From: an uncultured Chloroflexia bacterium
GTDB taxonomy: Bacteria > Chloroflexota > Dehalococcoidia > DSTF01 > JALHUB01
Length of the DNA stretch: 64,000 nt
Reading direction: 5' to 3'
NCBI GenBank assembly: GCA_963703345.1
Contig: OY969814.1
Location: 1,630,967 to 1,694,966, forward strand
The notes under the pieces are model-generated. The model was not told where the DNA came from, searched no databases, and was given only the letters and a program-made list of their open reading frames with translations. A program made the position numbers and the translations under genes. Position 1 is the first letter of the stretch; every line of letters starts with the position of its first letter. This document shows, one piece after another, positions 1 through 9,857 of this stretch.

Positions 1-6
1 ACCACT

Positions 7-26
7 CTGAGGGTTGAAACCCTCAG
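7..26. repeat. Palindromic hairpin ctgaggg-ttgaaa-ccctcag (7-bp stem, 6-nt loop) downstream of the polyprenyl synthase gene. It is an intact copy of the sequence split by the IS at 9651-9658 and 11375-11382.
   Basis: Perfect inverted repeat read directly. The same 20-mer is reconstituted by joining the two flanks of the IS1595 insertion. Confidence 0.6.
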
Positions 27-57
27 CTTACGGGGGATAGCCGAGAGGTGGGTCAGG

Positions 58-1092
58 CTATGTTTCGCGGCTGACGAAATAGCGCGCAAGACGGTCCAGG
101 TCGTGGCGGCGCGCGGGGACGAGGTCAAGCGCGTCGAGGAGGCGCAGGGCATCGGCGGCGAAGCGTTCGGCAGTTTCCTGAGCGCACACGCGGGCGCCGG
201 AGCGCTCCAGGATCGCGACGGCCTGCGAAACATCGTCGTCGGTCAGCGCCTCCTTCGCGTAGATGGCGCGGAGGGAGGTGCGGTCGGACGGCGGCGCGTT
301 CTCCAGCGCGTGGACGACGGGGAAGGATTTCTTGCGGGTGCGGACGTCGTCGCCGGTGGGCTTGCCGGTCTCCGCGCTGGCGCCCCAGATGCCGAGGACG
401 TCGTCGCGAATCTGGAAGGCGAGGCCCAGCTTCTCGCCGAACTGCTCGAAGGCGCTCACGGCGGCAGGCGAGGCTTCGCCGACGAGGGCGCCGCTTCCCG
501 CTGCGGCGGCGATGAGCGCGGCGGTCTTGCCGGAGACCATCGCCAGGTAGTCGTCGGCGGTTACGTCGAGGCGCTTTTCCAGGGCGAGGTCGAGGTACTG
601 GCCCTCGCAGAGGCGCAGGGAAGCGGTGTCGAGGAGGCGGGCCACCGCCGCGAAGCGCCGGGCATCGACGTCAAGGTCGAGCAGGCGGTGCAACGCGACG
701 TGGGCCAGCGCGAACATGCCGTCGCCAGCGTTGACGGCGAGAGGGACGCCCCAGGCGCGCCAGAGGGTATCGCGGCCGTGGCGACGCGGGCTGCCGTCCT
801 CGATATCGTCGTGGATGAGACTGAAGTTGTGCAGGAGCTCCAGCGCGGCCGCCAGGGGAAGCGCCGCCTCGGTGTCGCCGCCGACGGCCTCGCAGGCGCA
901 GAGGCAGAGCAGGGGGCGGACGAGCTTGCCGCGGAGAGCGCCTTCGTCGTGCTCCCAGCCCAGGTGATAGCGCATGAGGTCGTAGTGCGGCAGGTCGCGG
1001 CCTTCGAAGACGCGGCGCAGCTCGGCATCGATGCGCGGGGCGAGCCTGTCAAGCAAGGGCTGGAGCGAGACGTCTCTGTCCGGGGCTGTCAC
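58..1092 (-). CDS. Polyprenyl diphosphate synthase (trans-isoprenyl diphosphate synthase family, GGPP/heptaprenyl type)
   Basis: Two Asp-rich motifs, LIHDDIED and FQIRDDVLG, plus GKPTGDD; length 344 aa. Confidence 0.8.
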   Translation of the reverse strand: MTAPDRDVSLQPLLDRLAPRIDAELRRVFEGRDLPHYDLMRYHLGWEHDEGALRGKLVRPLLCLCACEAVGGDTEAALPLAAALELLHNFSLIHDDIEDGSPRRHGRDTLWRAWGVPLAVNAGDGMFALAHVALHRLLDLDVDARRFAAVARLLDTASLRLCEGQYLDLALEKRLDVTADDYLAMVSGKTAALIAAAAGSGALVGEASPAAVSAFEQFGEKLGLAFQIRDDVLGIWGASAETGKPTGDDVRTRKKSFPVVHALENAPPSDRTSLRAIYAKEALTDDDVSQAVAILERSGARVCAQETAERFAADALRLLDALDLVPARRHDLDRLARYFVSRET

Positions 1093-1157
1093 GTCGAAGC
1101 GCCTCTCAGGACCGCCGAGACTGGAAAGTCTCAGCTACACGGTTCTTTAACGGCATT

Positions 1158-1607
1158 CTACGTGTCCGGCTGCGTTTCGAGCGCCTGGAGCTTCGCCAGG
1201 CGACGGCTGTGGCGTCCGCCTTCGAACTCGGCGGCGAGAAAGGCGTCGAGAACGTCGCGGGCCACGCCCTCGCCGATGCACCAGGCGCCGAGGCAAAGGA
1301 CGTTGGCGTTCGTGTGCTGGCGGGCGCGTCGGGAGGCGAAGGTGTCGTGGCAGAGGGCGGCGCGGATGCCGCGGACCTTGTTGGCGCAGACGGTCATGCC
1401 GACGCCGTTGCTGCAGATGAGGATGCCGAGATCGGCTTCATCGCCAGCGACGGCGAGGGACAGAGGGATGGCGACGTCTGTGTAGTCGACCGGGGCCTCG
1501 CCGAGGCAGCCGAAGTCCTGGACGACATGTCCAGCGACAGCCAGGTGCTGCATTAGGACGTGCTTCAGTTGAAAGCCGCGGTGGTCGCAGCCGATGGCTA
1601 TGCGCAT
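1158..1607 (-). CDS. rpiB: Ribose-5-phosphate isomerase B (RpiB/LacAB family)
   Basis: MRIAIGCDHRGF...LICSNGVGM...CHD motifs; 149 aa. Confidence 0.8.
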   Translation of the reverse strand: MRIAIGCDHRGFQLKHVLMQHLAVAGHVVQDFGCLGEAPVDYTDVAIPLSLAVAGDEADLGILICSNGVGMTVCANKVRGIRAALCHDTFASRRARQHTNANVLCLGAWCIGEGVARDVLDAFLAAEFEGGRHSRRLAKLQALETQPDT

Positions 1608-1608
1608 T

Positions 1609-2256
1609 CTAGTCGCCTCCGAGTTCGAACCTGACGCCGGCCGCGGCCTCCAGGTCGTCGCGGGAGAGGACGCCTTCGCGCAGGATACGCGGCGGCTCGA
1701 CCGTAAGGTCCACCACCGTCGATTCTACGCCGATTGGCGCGGAGCCGCCGTCGATGATTATGTCGACTTCTTCGCCCAGTTGCCCCTCGACCTCAGCAGC
1801 CGTCCGAGGCGGCGGCTCGCCGGAGCGGTTGGCGCTGGTGCCGCTCATCGGCCTTCCCAGCGAGCGGATGAGCGCCAGCGGGACGGGGTGATCAGGCGCA
1901 CGCAGGGCGACGGTGTCGCCGCCAGCGAGGGCGAGGGAATGGAACGTCTCGGCGCGCTTCATGACGAGGGTGAGCGCGCCCGGCCAGTAGCGAGAGGCTA
2001 ACTTTAGCGCTAAGGGAGGCATCTCTTGGACCAACTCACTTGCCTGGTCGGTGCCGAGTACCAGAATCGGGAGAGGTGCATCGAGGGGGCGCCTTTTAGC
2101 TTGGAATAGCATCCGCACTGCTTCGTCGTTCGTGGCGTCGGCGCCGAGGCCGTAGAGAGTGTCGGTTGGAAACGCCACCAGCTTTCCCTGCCTTACGGCG
2201 TCGACAGCGGCGGTCAAGGCCGCATCGCGAGATTCGCTCCAATTGAGAATGCGCAT
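1609..2256 (-). CDS. tsaC: L-threonylcarbamoyladenylate synthase (YrdC/TsaC/Sua5 family)
   Basis: [13 protein letters not shown]...[11 protein letters not shown] motifs. Start chosen at the internal ATG (MRILNW); the ORF could extend to 2325. Confidence 0.75.
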   Translation of the reverse strand: MRILNWSESRDAALTAAVDAVRQGKLVAFPTDTLYGLGADATNDEAVRMLFQAKRRPLDAPLPILVLGTDQASELVQEMPPLALKLASRYWPGALTLVMKRAETFHSLALAGGDTVALRAPDHPVPLALIRSLGRPMSGTSANRSGEPPPRTAAEVEGQLGEEVDIIIDGGSAPIGVESTVVDLTVEPPRILREGVLSRDDLEAAAGVRFELGGD

Positions 2257-2395
2257 AGGCAAAAAGATGAAAGGGAGGCTCCCCTTTCTTGACGCCAGTA
2301 TAGCACGCTGGTATGGTGGTGTCACGGCATCGGCGTGGGCGGACGGCTTTCCGCCCCCAACACATTCAATCCCCCTTTCGGCGCAAAACCAGGCG

Positions 2396-4066
2396 ATGGA
2401 CGAATCTGAGAGCAGCGGCTACCGCGTTCCCACCAGCGACGACATCGAGGTGTCGACGTACCTGGAGATCGCGCGCGAGAAGGGCGGCGAGCAACCGGTC
2501 CTCAGCGAAGAGCCGCCCGGCGCCGGCCCGGAGACCATCGTCGTCATCGACTTCGGGTCGCAGTACAGCATGCTCATCGCCCGGCGCATCCGCGAGTGCA
2601 ACGTTTACTGTGAGATCGTGCCGCACACGGCCGTCTGGCAGGACGTGTCGCGACTCAACGTGAAGGGGTTCGTCCTCTCCGGCGGCCCGGCCAGCGTCTA
2701 CGTCGAGAAGGCGCCGCTGGCGCCGCCGTTCATCTTCGAGAAGGGCTTCCCCGTTCTCGGCATCTGCTACGGGATGCAACTGATCGCGCACCAGCTCGGC
2801 GGGCGCGTGACTCCGAGCGACAAGCATGAATACGGCCACACGATCATCCACCAGTCGGAGCCGTCGGAGCTTTTCGCGGACCTGCCGCCGGCGATCCCCG
2901 TCTGGATGAGCCACGGCGACCGCATCGCGCAGATGCCTTCTGGCTTCCATTCGCTGGCCTACACCGATAACTCGCCGGTGGCCGTGATGGGGAACGAGCA
3001 CGGCATGCTGGGGCTACAGTTCCACCCGGAGGTCGTGCACACGCCGCAGGGCAAGCAGATCATCCGCAACTTCCTCTACCGCGTCTGCGGCTGCCGCGGC
3101 GATTGGACGCCTTCGAACTTCGTGACGGAGAGCATGGAGCGCATCCGCGAGCAGGTCGGCGATGGGCGCGTCATCTGCGCCCTCTCCGGCGGGGTCGACT
3201 CGGCGGTTGCGGCGACGCTGGTGCACCAGGCGGTCGGCGACCAGCTCACCTGCATCTTCGTCAACAACGGCCTGCTGCGTCGCGAGGAGCCGGAGCGCGT
3301 TCTCGACACCTTCCGGCGCAATCTGAAGATGAACCTGGTCTACGTCGACGCGACGGAGCGCTTTCTTGCGACGCTGGCCGGCGTCGTCGACCCGGAGACG
3401 AAGCGGCACCGCGTCGGCGAGGAGTTCATCCGCGTCTTCGAAGAGGAGGCGGGCAAGCTGGGCCGCGTCGACTTCATGGTCCAGGGGACGACGTACCCCG
3501 ACGTCATCGAGAGCGCGTCTTCGCCGACGGGCGACGGGGCAGCGGCGAAGATCAAGACGCATCACAACGTCGGCGGGCTGCCCAGCCACATGACCTTAAG
3601 GCTCATCGAGCCGCTGCGACACCTGTTCAAGGATGAGGTGCGTCAGGTGGGACTGGCGGTCGGACTGCCGGAGGAGATGGTGTACCGTCAGCCGTTCCCG
3701 GGGCCGGGCCTTTCGATCCGGATCATCGGCGAGGTGACGCCGGAGAAGCTGGAGACGCTGCGGGCCTGCGACTGGGTGGTGATGAACGAGATCAAGAAGG
3801 CGGGGCTCTACCGCGAACTGTGGCAGGCGTTCGCTGTACTGACGGACAGTCGCAGCGTGGGCGTGATGGGCGACTTCCGCACGTATGGGCACGTGGTGGC
3901 GCTACGGCTGGTGACGGCGGAGGACGCGATGACGGCGGACTGGGCGCGGCTTCCGTACGACCTGCTGGCGCGGATTTCGACTCGAATCGTGAACGAGGTG
4001 CCGACGGTGAACCGGGTGGTGTATGACATCACGTCGAAGCCGCCGGGCACGATTGAGTGGGAGTAG
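2396..4066 (+). CDS. guaA: GMP synthase (glutamine-hydrolysing): GATase1 plus ATP-pyrophosphatase domains
   Basis: [29 protein letters not shown]-loop-like motif, C-terminal dimerisation domain ending PGTIEWE. The start is uncertain; ATG at 2396 is in frame, and the ORF extends to 2159. Confidence 0.85.
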   Translation: MDESESSGYRVPTSDDIEVSTYLEIAREKGGEQPVLSEEPPGAGPETIVVIDFGSQYSMLIARRIRECNVYCEIVPHTAVWQDVSRLNVKGFVLSGGPASVYVEKAPLAPPFIFEKGFPVLGICYGMQLIAHQLGGRVTPSDKHEYGHTIIHQSEPSELFADLPPAIPVWMSHGDRIAQMPSGFHSLAYTDNSPVAVMGNEHGMLGLQFHPEVVHTPQGKQIIRNFLYRVCGCRGDWTPSNFVTESMERIREQVGDGRVICALSGGVDSAVAATLVHQAVGDQLTCIFVNNGLLRREEPERVLDTFRRNLKMNLVYVDATERFLATLAGVVDPETKRHRVGEEFIRVFEEEAGKLGRVDFMVQGTTYPDVIESASSPTGDGAAAKIKTHHNVGGLPSHMTLRLIEPLRHLFKDEVRQVGLAVGLPEEMVYRQPFPGPGLSIRIIGEVTPEKLETLRACDWVVMNEIKKAGLYRELWQAFAVLTDSRSVGVMGDFRTYGHVVALRLVTAEDAMTADWARLPYDLLARISTRIVNEVPTVNRVVYDITSKPPGTIEWE

Positions 4067-4070
4067 AGTA

Positions 4071-4117
4071 GTTCAGGGGGACACCCCCTGAACCCCCGGC
4101 AGAGGGAAACCCTCTGC
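4071..4117 (+). terminator. Two tandem GC-rich hairpins (gttcaggggg-acac-cccctgaac and gcagaggg-aaa-ccctctgc) immediately after the guaA stop
   Basis: Perfect inverted repeats read directly. There is no U-tract, which is typical for a high-GC genome. Confidence 0.45.
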
Positions 4118-4236
4118 ACTCCCGGTTGTCCGCCGCCCTCCCGGGCCGAAGATTCCGAACGGTATTGCCCATCGTGTGGAGAGCCGCTACCATCATGACG
4201 GCAGGACGCTAGTACCCCATTCGGTAGAGGAAGCGG

Positions 4237-5529
4237 TTGCGAGTTCTCATCGTCGGCTCCGGCGCGCGTGAGCACGCCCTCGCCTGGAAGCTGCGCCAGT
4301 CGCCGCGCCTCGACGCCCTCTACGTCTCCCCCGGGAACGCCGGCACGGCCCAGATCGCGGACAACCTCTCGGTCAAGGCGAACAACGTCGAAGGCATCGT
4401 GCGCACGGCGCAGGAGCAGGCGATCGACCTCGTCGTCGTCGGGCCGGAGGAGCCGCTCACGCTCGGGCTCGTCGACCGGTTGGAGGGCGCGGGCATCGCC
4501 GCTTTCGGGCCGAGCAAGGCGGCGACGGAGATCGAGGCGAGCAAGGTGTTCGCCAAGGAGCTGATGGTCCGACACGGCATTCCCACCGCGCAACACCGCA
4601 GCTTCGATTCGATACTGGAGGCTGGCACGTATATCGCCGAGCACCGCGAGCCGCTGGTCATCAAGGCGGACGGGCTGGCCGCCGGCAAGGGGGCGATACT
4701 GACGCGCGACTCGGCCGAGGCGCTGGAGGTGGCCGACGCGTTGCTCTGCGACCGCGTCTTCGGTGACGCCGGCGCGCGCATCGTCGTCGAGGAGCGGCTG
4801 AGCGGGCGCGAGACGTCGGCGCAGGCGTTTAGCGACGGCAGCAGCGTCGTGCCGATGCCGCTGTCGTGCGACCACAAGGCAGTCTTCGACTACGACGAGG
4901 GTCCGAACACGGGCGGCATGGGCGCCTACAGCCCGCCCGGCTGGCTGCCCCGCGAGACAGTCGACTGGATAGACGAGCACATCACGCGCGCTACCGTGCG
5001 GGCGATGGCGGAAGAGGGTCGGCTGTACCGCGGCGTCATCTATCCCGGGCTGCTGGTGACGGAGAGCGGGCCGCACGTCCTGGAGTATAACTGTCGCTTC
5101 GGCGACCCGGAGACGCAGGCGATACTGCCCCGCCTGGAGAGCGACCTGCTGGACGTGCTGTGGGCGGTGGCGACCGGACGGCTGCACGAGGCGAGCGTCG
5201 AATGGCGCGGCGAGGCGTGCGTGGCGGTGGTGCTCGCTTCCGGCGGCTACCCGGGCAAGTATGAGACGGGCTTCCCCATCGAGGGGCTGGACGATATCGA
5301 CGACGATGTTATGCTGTTCCACGCCGGCACGAAGACGGACGAGGACGGCCGGATCGCGACGAGCGGCGGGCGCGTACTCACCGTGTCAGCGCTGGGCGCG
5401 ACGCTGGAGGAAGCGCGTCGGAAGGCGTACGCGAACGTGGAGCGCATCCGCTGGCCGGGCATGCACTACCGGACGGATGTCGGCGGGCGGCGGCAGCGTC
5501 CGCGTCCGGAATGGCTGGAGATACCGTGA
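4237..5529 (+). CDS. purD: Phosphoribosylamine--glycine ligase
   Basis: MRVLIVGSGAREHALAWKL N-terminus, ATP-grasp motifs; 430 aa. TTG start. Confidence 0.85.
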   Translation: MRVLIVGSGAREHALAWKLRQSPRLDALYVSPGNAGTAQIADNLSVKANNVEGIVRTAQEQAIDLVVVGPEEPLTLGLVDRLEGAGIAAFGPSKAATEIEASKVFAKELMVRHGIPTAQHRSFDSILEAGTYIAEHREPLVIKADGLAAGKGAILTRDSAEALEVADALLCDRVFGDAGARIVVEERLSGRETSAQAFSDGSSVVPMPLSCDHKAVFDYDEGPNTGGMGAYSPPGWLPRETVDWIDEHITRATVRAMAEEGRLYRGVIYPGLLVTESGPHVLEYNCRFGDPETQAILPRLESDLLDVLWAVATGRLHEASVEWRGEACVAVVLASGGYPGKYETGFPIEGLDDIDDDVMLFHAGTKTDEDGRIATSGGRVLTVSALGATLEEARRKAYANVERIRWPGMHYRTDVGGRRQRPRPEWLEIP

Positions 5530-5990
5530 ACGAGCCCATCGTTGCCGTTGTTATGGGGTCGAAGTCGGACGCGCCGACGATGCAGGAGTGCCTCGACACG
5601 CTCGACAAGCTGGGCATCGCCTACGAGACGGCCGTCATGTCGGCGCACCGCACGCCGGACAAGGTGCGGGAGTTCGCGCAGGCGGCGGCGGAGCGAGGCA
5701 TACGCGTCATCATCGCGGGCGCGGGCGGATCGGCGGCGCTGCCGGGCGTTATCAAAGCGTACACGGCGCTGCCGGTCATCGGCGTGCCGCTGGCGTCGAG
5801 CGACTTGAAGGGCGTCGACGCGCTGATGGCGATGGCGCAGATGCCGCCGGGAGTGCCGGTCGCGACGGTGGCCGTCGGCAAGTGGGGGGCGCGCAATGCG
5901 GCGCTGCTGGCGGCGGAGATACTGGCTGCCTGCGACGAGTCGGTGCGCAAGGCGTACGAGGTCTATCGCCAGGGATTGGCGTCGGGTTAA
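5511..5990 (+). CDS. purE: N5-carboxyaminoimidazole ribonucleotide mutase (PurE)
   Basis: VAVVMGSKSDAPTM...IIAGAGGSAALPGV... signature. Overlaps the purD stop. An alternative GTG start lies at 5526. Confidence 0.85.
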   Translation: MAGDTVNEPIVAVVMGSKSDAPTMQECLDTLDKLGIAYETAVMSAHRTPDKVREFAQAAAERGIRVIIAGAGGSAALPGVIKAYTALPVIGVPLASSDLKGVDALMAMAQMPPGVPVATVAVGKWGARNAALLAAEILAACDESVRKAYEVYRQGLASG

Positions 5991-6092
5991 ACTGAGGGCG
6001 CGGGGGTGCCGAGGCTGGAAAGCCTTGGCGACGGGATCTGCAAACCGGAACGGCACCTGGCGGGCAGGATGCTCGCCCTACGCGGGAAACCC

Positions 6093-6413
6093 ATGTTCAA
6101 GCATACTAGCGAATCCACGCCCTTCGAGATGTTCCCCGGCATCGTGCGCCGCGCGCTCTGCGGCGCCGAACGCATGACTGTGTGCGAGATCACGCTGCGC
6201 AAGGGCGCCACGGTGCCGCTGCACAGCCACGAGGACGAGCAGGCCGGCTATGTGATCCAGGGCCGCATGCTGTTCAAGATCGGCGAGGAGGAGCGCGAGA
6301 TAGGCGCGGGCTGCGGCTACCTGGCGCCGGGCGGCGTCGCCCACGCGCTGACGATCCTGGAAGACAGCGTGATCGTCGAGGTCTTTTCGCCGCCGCGCAA
6401 GGAGTACCTGTGA
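6093..6413 (+). CDS. Cupin-domain protein embedded in the pur operon
   Basis: Two-His/Glu cupin motif (PLHSHEDEQAGYVIQG...GAGCGYLAPGGVAHAL). Its stop overlaps the purB GTG start. Confidence 0.6.
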   Translation: MFKHTSESTPFEMFPGIVRRALCGAERMTVCEITLRKGATVPLHSHEDEQAGYVIQGRMLFKIGEEEREIGAGCGYLAPGGVAHALTILEDSVIVEVFSPPRKEYL

Positions 6414-7702
6414 TACCAAAATACTCGCGACCGGAGATGGCCGCCATCTGGTCGGACAAGGGGAAGTACGACCGCTGGCTTGAGGTCGAGATTGCCGTCT
6501 GCGACGCCTGGGCCGAGCGCGGCGACATTCCCCAGGAGGCGGCGGAGAAGATCCGCAACGCCCGCTACAACCTTGACGACTTCGAACGCTACCTGAAGGA
6601 AATCCACCACGACGTCATCTCCTTCCTTCGCTCCGTCGCCGACAGCCTGGGCGAGGAGTCGCGGTTCGTGCACATGGGGCTGACTTCGTACGACGTCGTA
6701 GACACGGCGCTGGGCATGCAGCTCCGCGACGCCAGCGACATCCTCCAGCGCGACCTGGAAGCGCTGACCGCGGTCGTCGAGGAGAAGGCGCGGCGCTACA
6801 AGGACACGCTGATGATGGGCCGGACGCACGGCGTCCACGCCGAGCCGATAACCTTCGGGCTCAAGCTTGCCGGCTGGGTCGACGAGCTGCGCCGCAACGG
6901 CCGCCGTCTCGCCGACGCGCGCGCGGAGGTGGCGATCGGCAAGGTGAGCGGCGCCGTCGGCAGCCACGCGACCGTGCCGCCGGAGATCGAGGAGACGGTC
7001 TGCGCGCGGCTGGGCCTGAGCATTGAGCCAATCAGCACGCAGATCGTGCAGCGCGACCGCCACGCCCGCTTCGTCACGACGCTGGCGATTCTGGCGTCGT
7101 CGCTGGAGAAGTTCGCGACGGAGGTCCGTCACCTACAGCGGACGGAGGTGCTGGAGGTTGAGGAGCCGTTCGAGGAGGGCCAGGCGGGCTCGAGCGCGAT
7201 GCCGCACAAGCGTAACCCGGAGAAGTGCGAGCGCGTCTGCGGGCTGGCGCGGGTCGTGCGGGGGTATTCGGTCACGGCGCTGGAGAACGTAGCGCTGTGG
7301 CACGAGCGCGACCTGACGGACTCGGCGCCGGAGCGCGTCATCCTGCCCGACGCCTGCCTGGTGCTGGACTACATCCTGGACCTGTTCACTTATGTAATGC
7401 GCGGCCTCCAGGTCTATGCGGACCGAATGCGCGAGAACCTGGAGCTGACGCAGGGGCTGGTCTTCACGTCGCGGGCGCTGGTGGCGCTGGTCAACAAGGG
7501 GCTCAGCCGCGAGAAGGCGTACAAGCTGATTCAGGCGTGCTCGATGCGGGCGTGGAAGGAGCGCGTTCCCCTGCGCGGCCTGCTCGAGGGCGACGCCGAA
7601 GTGTCGGCGCTGCTGTCGGCGGCGGAGCTGGACGCGATATTCGACTACAGCGTCTATACGAAGTACGTGGACGACTCCTTCCGGAGGGTGGACCTCCTTT
7701 GA
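6410..7702 (+). CDS. purB: Adenylosuccinate lyase
   Basis: YSRPEMAAIWSD..., fumarate-lyase signature GSSAMPHKRNP. Confidence 0.85.
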   Translation: MIPKYSRPEMAAIWSDKGKYDRWLEVEIAVCDAWAERGDIPQEAAEKIRNARYNLDDFERYLKEIHHDVISFLRSVADSLGEESRFVHMGLTSYDVVDTALGMQLRDASDILQRDLEALTAVVEEKARRYKDTLMMGRTHGVHAEPITFGLKLAGWVDELRRNGRRLADARAEVAIGKVSGAVGSHATVPPEIEETVCARLGLSIEPISTQIVQRDRHARFVTTLAILASSLEKFATEVRHLQRTEVLEVEEPFEEGQAGSSAMPHKRNPEKCERVCGLARVVRGYSVTALENVALWHERDLTDSAPERVILPDACLVLDYILDLFTYVMRGLQVYADRMRENLELTQGLVFTSRALVALVNKGLSREKAYKLIQACSMRAWKERVPLRGLLEGDAEVSALLSAAELDAIFDYSVYTKYVDDSFRRVDLL

Positions 7703-7737
7703 ACAGCGTCCCCTCCGGCGGCGGCCTGCGGCGTCCC

Positions 7738-8442
7738 ATGGAGCTGGGGCAGATCGTCAACACGGCGATCAAAGTCTACCGGCAGAACTTCGGCGAGTTC
7801 CTGGCGATTGCGGCCGTCACCCTGCCTATCAGCGCGATAGGGGCCATCCTGGGAGGTCTCATCGAAGACAGGGTGACTGCCGGGGTTGTCGTCGCGGTCT
7901 TCACTGTGCTCAGCGCGGTGATCACGCTGGTCGCCGATGCGGCTCTGGTGCGCGGCGTGGCGGACGTTGCCGAGGGCATACCGCCGGACTTCAACTACGT
8001 GTACGTGCGCGTCTTCGAACGGCTGGGCGCGCTCTTCCTGACCGTCCTGCGCGTGCTGGTGATATTCATAGCGCTCTGTATTACTGTCGTTGGCATTCCC
8101 TTCGCAGTCTATTTCCTCGTGCGGTGGGCGTTCGTCACGCAGACCGTGATTATTGAAGGCCAGTCAGGCCACGGGGCGATGGAGCTCAGCGCCGGAGTCG
8201 TGCAGGGTTGCTGGTGGCGCACCCTAGGCGTCTTGTTCATCCTTGGACTGCTGGCAAGCTTTCCGACGGGCGCCGTCAGCCTGCTGTTCTCGGCGGCAGC
8301 GCCGGTTGCGGGCAGCCTGGCGAGCGCGGTGGTCGCGGTCATCGTGCTGCCATTCAGCGCCACGGCGTCGACGCTGCTGTTCTTCGATCTGCAAAGCAGG
8401 GAGCGCGAACGTGTCAGTATTGCTCGAGACGAATCTGCCTAA
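7738..8442 (+). CDS. Polytopic membrane protein of unknown function, between purB and purC
   Basis: Six or more hydrophobic helices. No recognisable catalytic motif. Start is ambiguous (TTG at 7699 also possible). Confidence 0.5.
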   Translation: MELGQIVNTAIKVYRQNFGEFLAIAAVTLPISAIGAILGGLIEDRVTAGVVVAVFTVLSAVITLVADAALVRGVADVAEGIPPDFNYVYVRVFERLGALFLTVLRVLVIFIALCITVVGIPFAVYFLVRWAFVTQTVIIEGQSGHGAMELSAGVVQGCWWRTLGVLFILGLLASFPTGAVSLLFSAAAPVAGSLASAVVAVIVLPFSATASTLLFFDLQSRERERVSIARDESA

Positions 8443-9298
8443 CCTCTTCGCGCGCGGCAAGGTGCGCGATACGTACGATCTCGGCGACGGACGGCTGCTC
8501 ATCGTTGCCACGGACCGCATCTCGGCGTTCGACGTCGTGCTGCCGCAGGGGGTGCCGGACAAGGGCGCGGTGCTGACGCAACTCTCGGCGTTCTGGTTCG
8601 AGATGACGGCGGACGTGATGCCGAACCACTTCCTACGCCTGATCAGCAACTGCGACAACGCGGATTTGCCGTTCCCCTGCTCCCACGACATCGCCGGCCG
8701 GTCGATGGTGGTGAAGAAGGCGAAGCGGCTGGACATCGAGTGCGTGGCGCGCGGCTACCTGTCGGGCTCCGGCTGGGCGGAGTATCGGGAGTCGGGCTCG
8801 GTGTGCGGCATCCGGCTGCCGGCGGGGCTGCGGCAGAGCGACAAGCTGCCCGAGCCGATATTCACGCCGTCGACGAAGGCGGAGAGCGGCCACGACCTGA
8901 ACATCGACTTCGCGCGGGTCGCGGATATGGTCGGCGCGGAGACGGCAGCCGGCATGCGCGACGCAACTCTGGCGATCTACCGCTTTGCGGCGGACTTCGC
9001 CCGCCAGCGGGGCATCATCATCGCCGACACGAAGATCGAGCTGGGACGGCACGACGGCCGGCTCATAGCGATCGACGAGCTGCTTACACCGGACTCCAGC
9101 CGCTTCTGGGACATCGAGACGTACGAGCCCGGCAAGTCGCAGCCGAGCTTCGACAAGCAGCCGGTGCGCGATTGGCTGACGGCGTCGGGCTGGAACCGGG
9201 AGCCGCCACCGCCGGACCTGCCGGACGAGGTGGTCGCCGACACGTCGGCGCGGTACCGGGAGGCGTTCCGCCGTTTGACGGGACATGACCTGTTCTAG
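8411..9298 (+). CDS. purC: Phosphoribosylaminoimidazole-succinocarboxamide synthase (SAICAR synthetase)
   Basis: LFARGKVRDTYDLGDGRLLIVATDRISAFD motif. GTG start overlaps the upstream gene. Confidence 0.85.
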   Translation: MSVLLETNLPNLFARGKVRDTYDLGDGRLLIVATDRISAFDVVLPQGVPDKGAVLTQLSAFWFEMTADVMPNHFLRLISNCDNADLPFPCSHDIAGRSMVVKKAKRLDIECVARGYLSGSGWAEYRESGSVCGIRLPAGLRQSDKLPEPIFTPSTKAESGHDLNIDFARVADMVGAETAAGMRDATLAIYRFAADFARQRGIIIADTKIELGRHDGRLIAIDELLTPDSSRFWDIETYEPGKSQPSFDKQPVRDWLTASGWNREPPPPDLPDEVVADTSARYREAFRRLTGHDLF

Positions 9299-9332
9299 CG
9301 CCGTGCCTACCGAGAGGCAGGAGGAGTTTCAG

Positions 9333-9587
9333 GTGTTTCTTGCGAAGGTTTACGTGACGTTGAAGCCGACGGTCAACGACCCGCAGGGGCTGACGATCCG
9401 GGGTGGATTGCACTCGCTGGGGTTCAACAGCGTGGAGGCGGTGCGAGCCGGGAAGTACCTGGAGATACGCGTCGCGGGGTCGGACCGGGGGCAGGCGGAG
9501 TCGCAGGTGCACGAGATGTGCCGTCAGCTCCTAGCGAACCCGATCATCGAGGACTACCGCTTCGAGATCGAGGAGGCGGCGGGCTAG
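9333..9587 (+). CDS. purS: Phosphoribosylformylglycinamidine synthase subunit PurS
   Basis: VFLAKVYVTLKPTVNDPQG...LANPIIEDY; about 84 aa; GGAGGAG RBS upstream of the GTG. Confidence 0.8.
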   Translation: MFLAKVYVTLKPTVNDPQGLTIRGGLHSLGFNSVEAVRAGKYLEIRVAGSDRGQAESQVHEMCRQLLANPIIEDYRFEIEEAAG

Positions 9588-9857
9588 AGCGTGCCTTTTG
9601 TGGCGGGAATTTCCCCTGCTTGAATCGGGCGGCCGAACACAGTCCTGAGGGTTGAAACGGTAATTGTATACTTGACACAAGGCTGCTCACCTGCTATTCT
9701 TGTCTTGTGATGATGATGCAGATTCGGTTTCAGGCTTCTCGGGGTGAGCGAGCTTCTTCAAATGCTTCGCGGCTTTCTTCGGAAAGACGCGTTTCGCAAG
9801 TTCTTCGCTCGTCATCTCGTGGGCCTTCTTCTTACGCTTGGGCATAGGAGAACTCCA

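Noticed and set aside
3808-5322. 504-aa ORF antisense to purD. Similar long ORFs exist at 15915-17030, 17027-18262, 21985-23652, 32368-34107, 36159-37310, 40287-42467 and 60407-62002.
   Set aside because: These are typical high-GC shadow ORFs: Arg/Ala/Pro-rich low-complexity translations. Each lies opposite a gene with clear family signatures, and none has motifs of its own.
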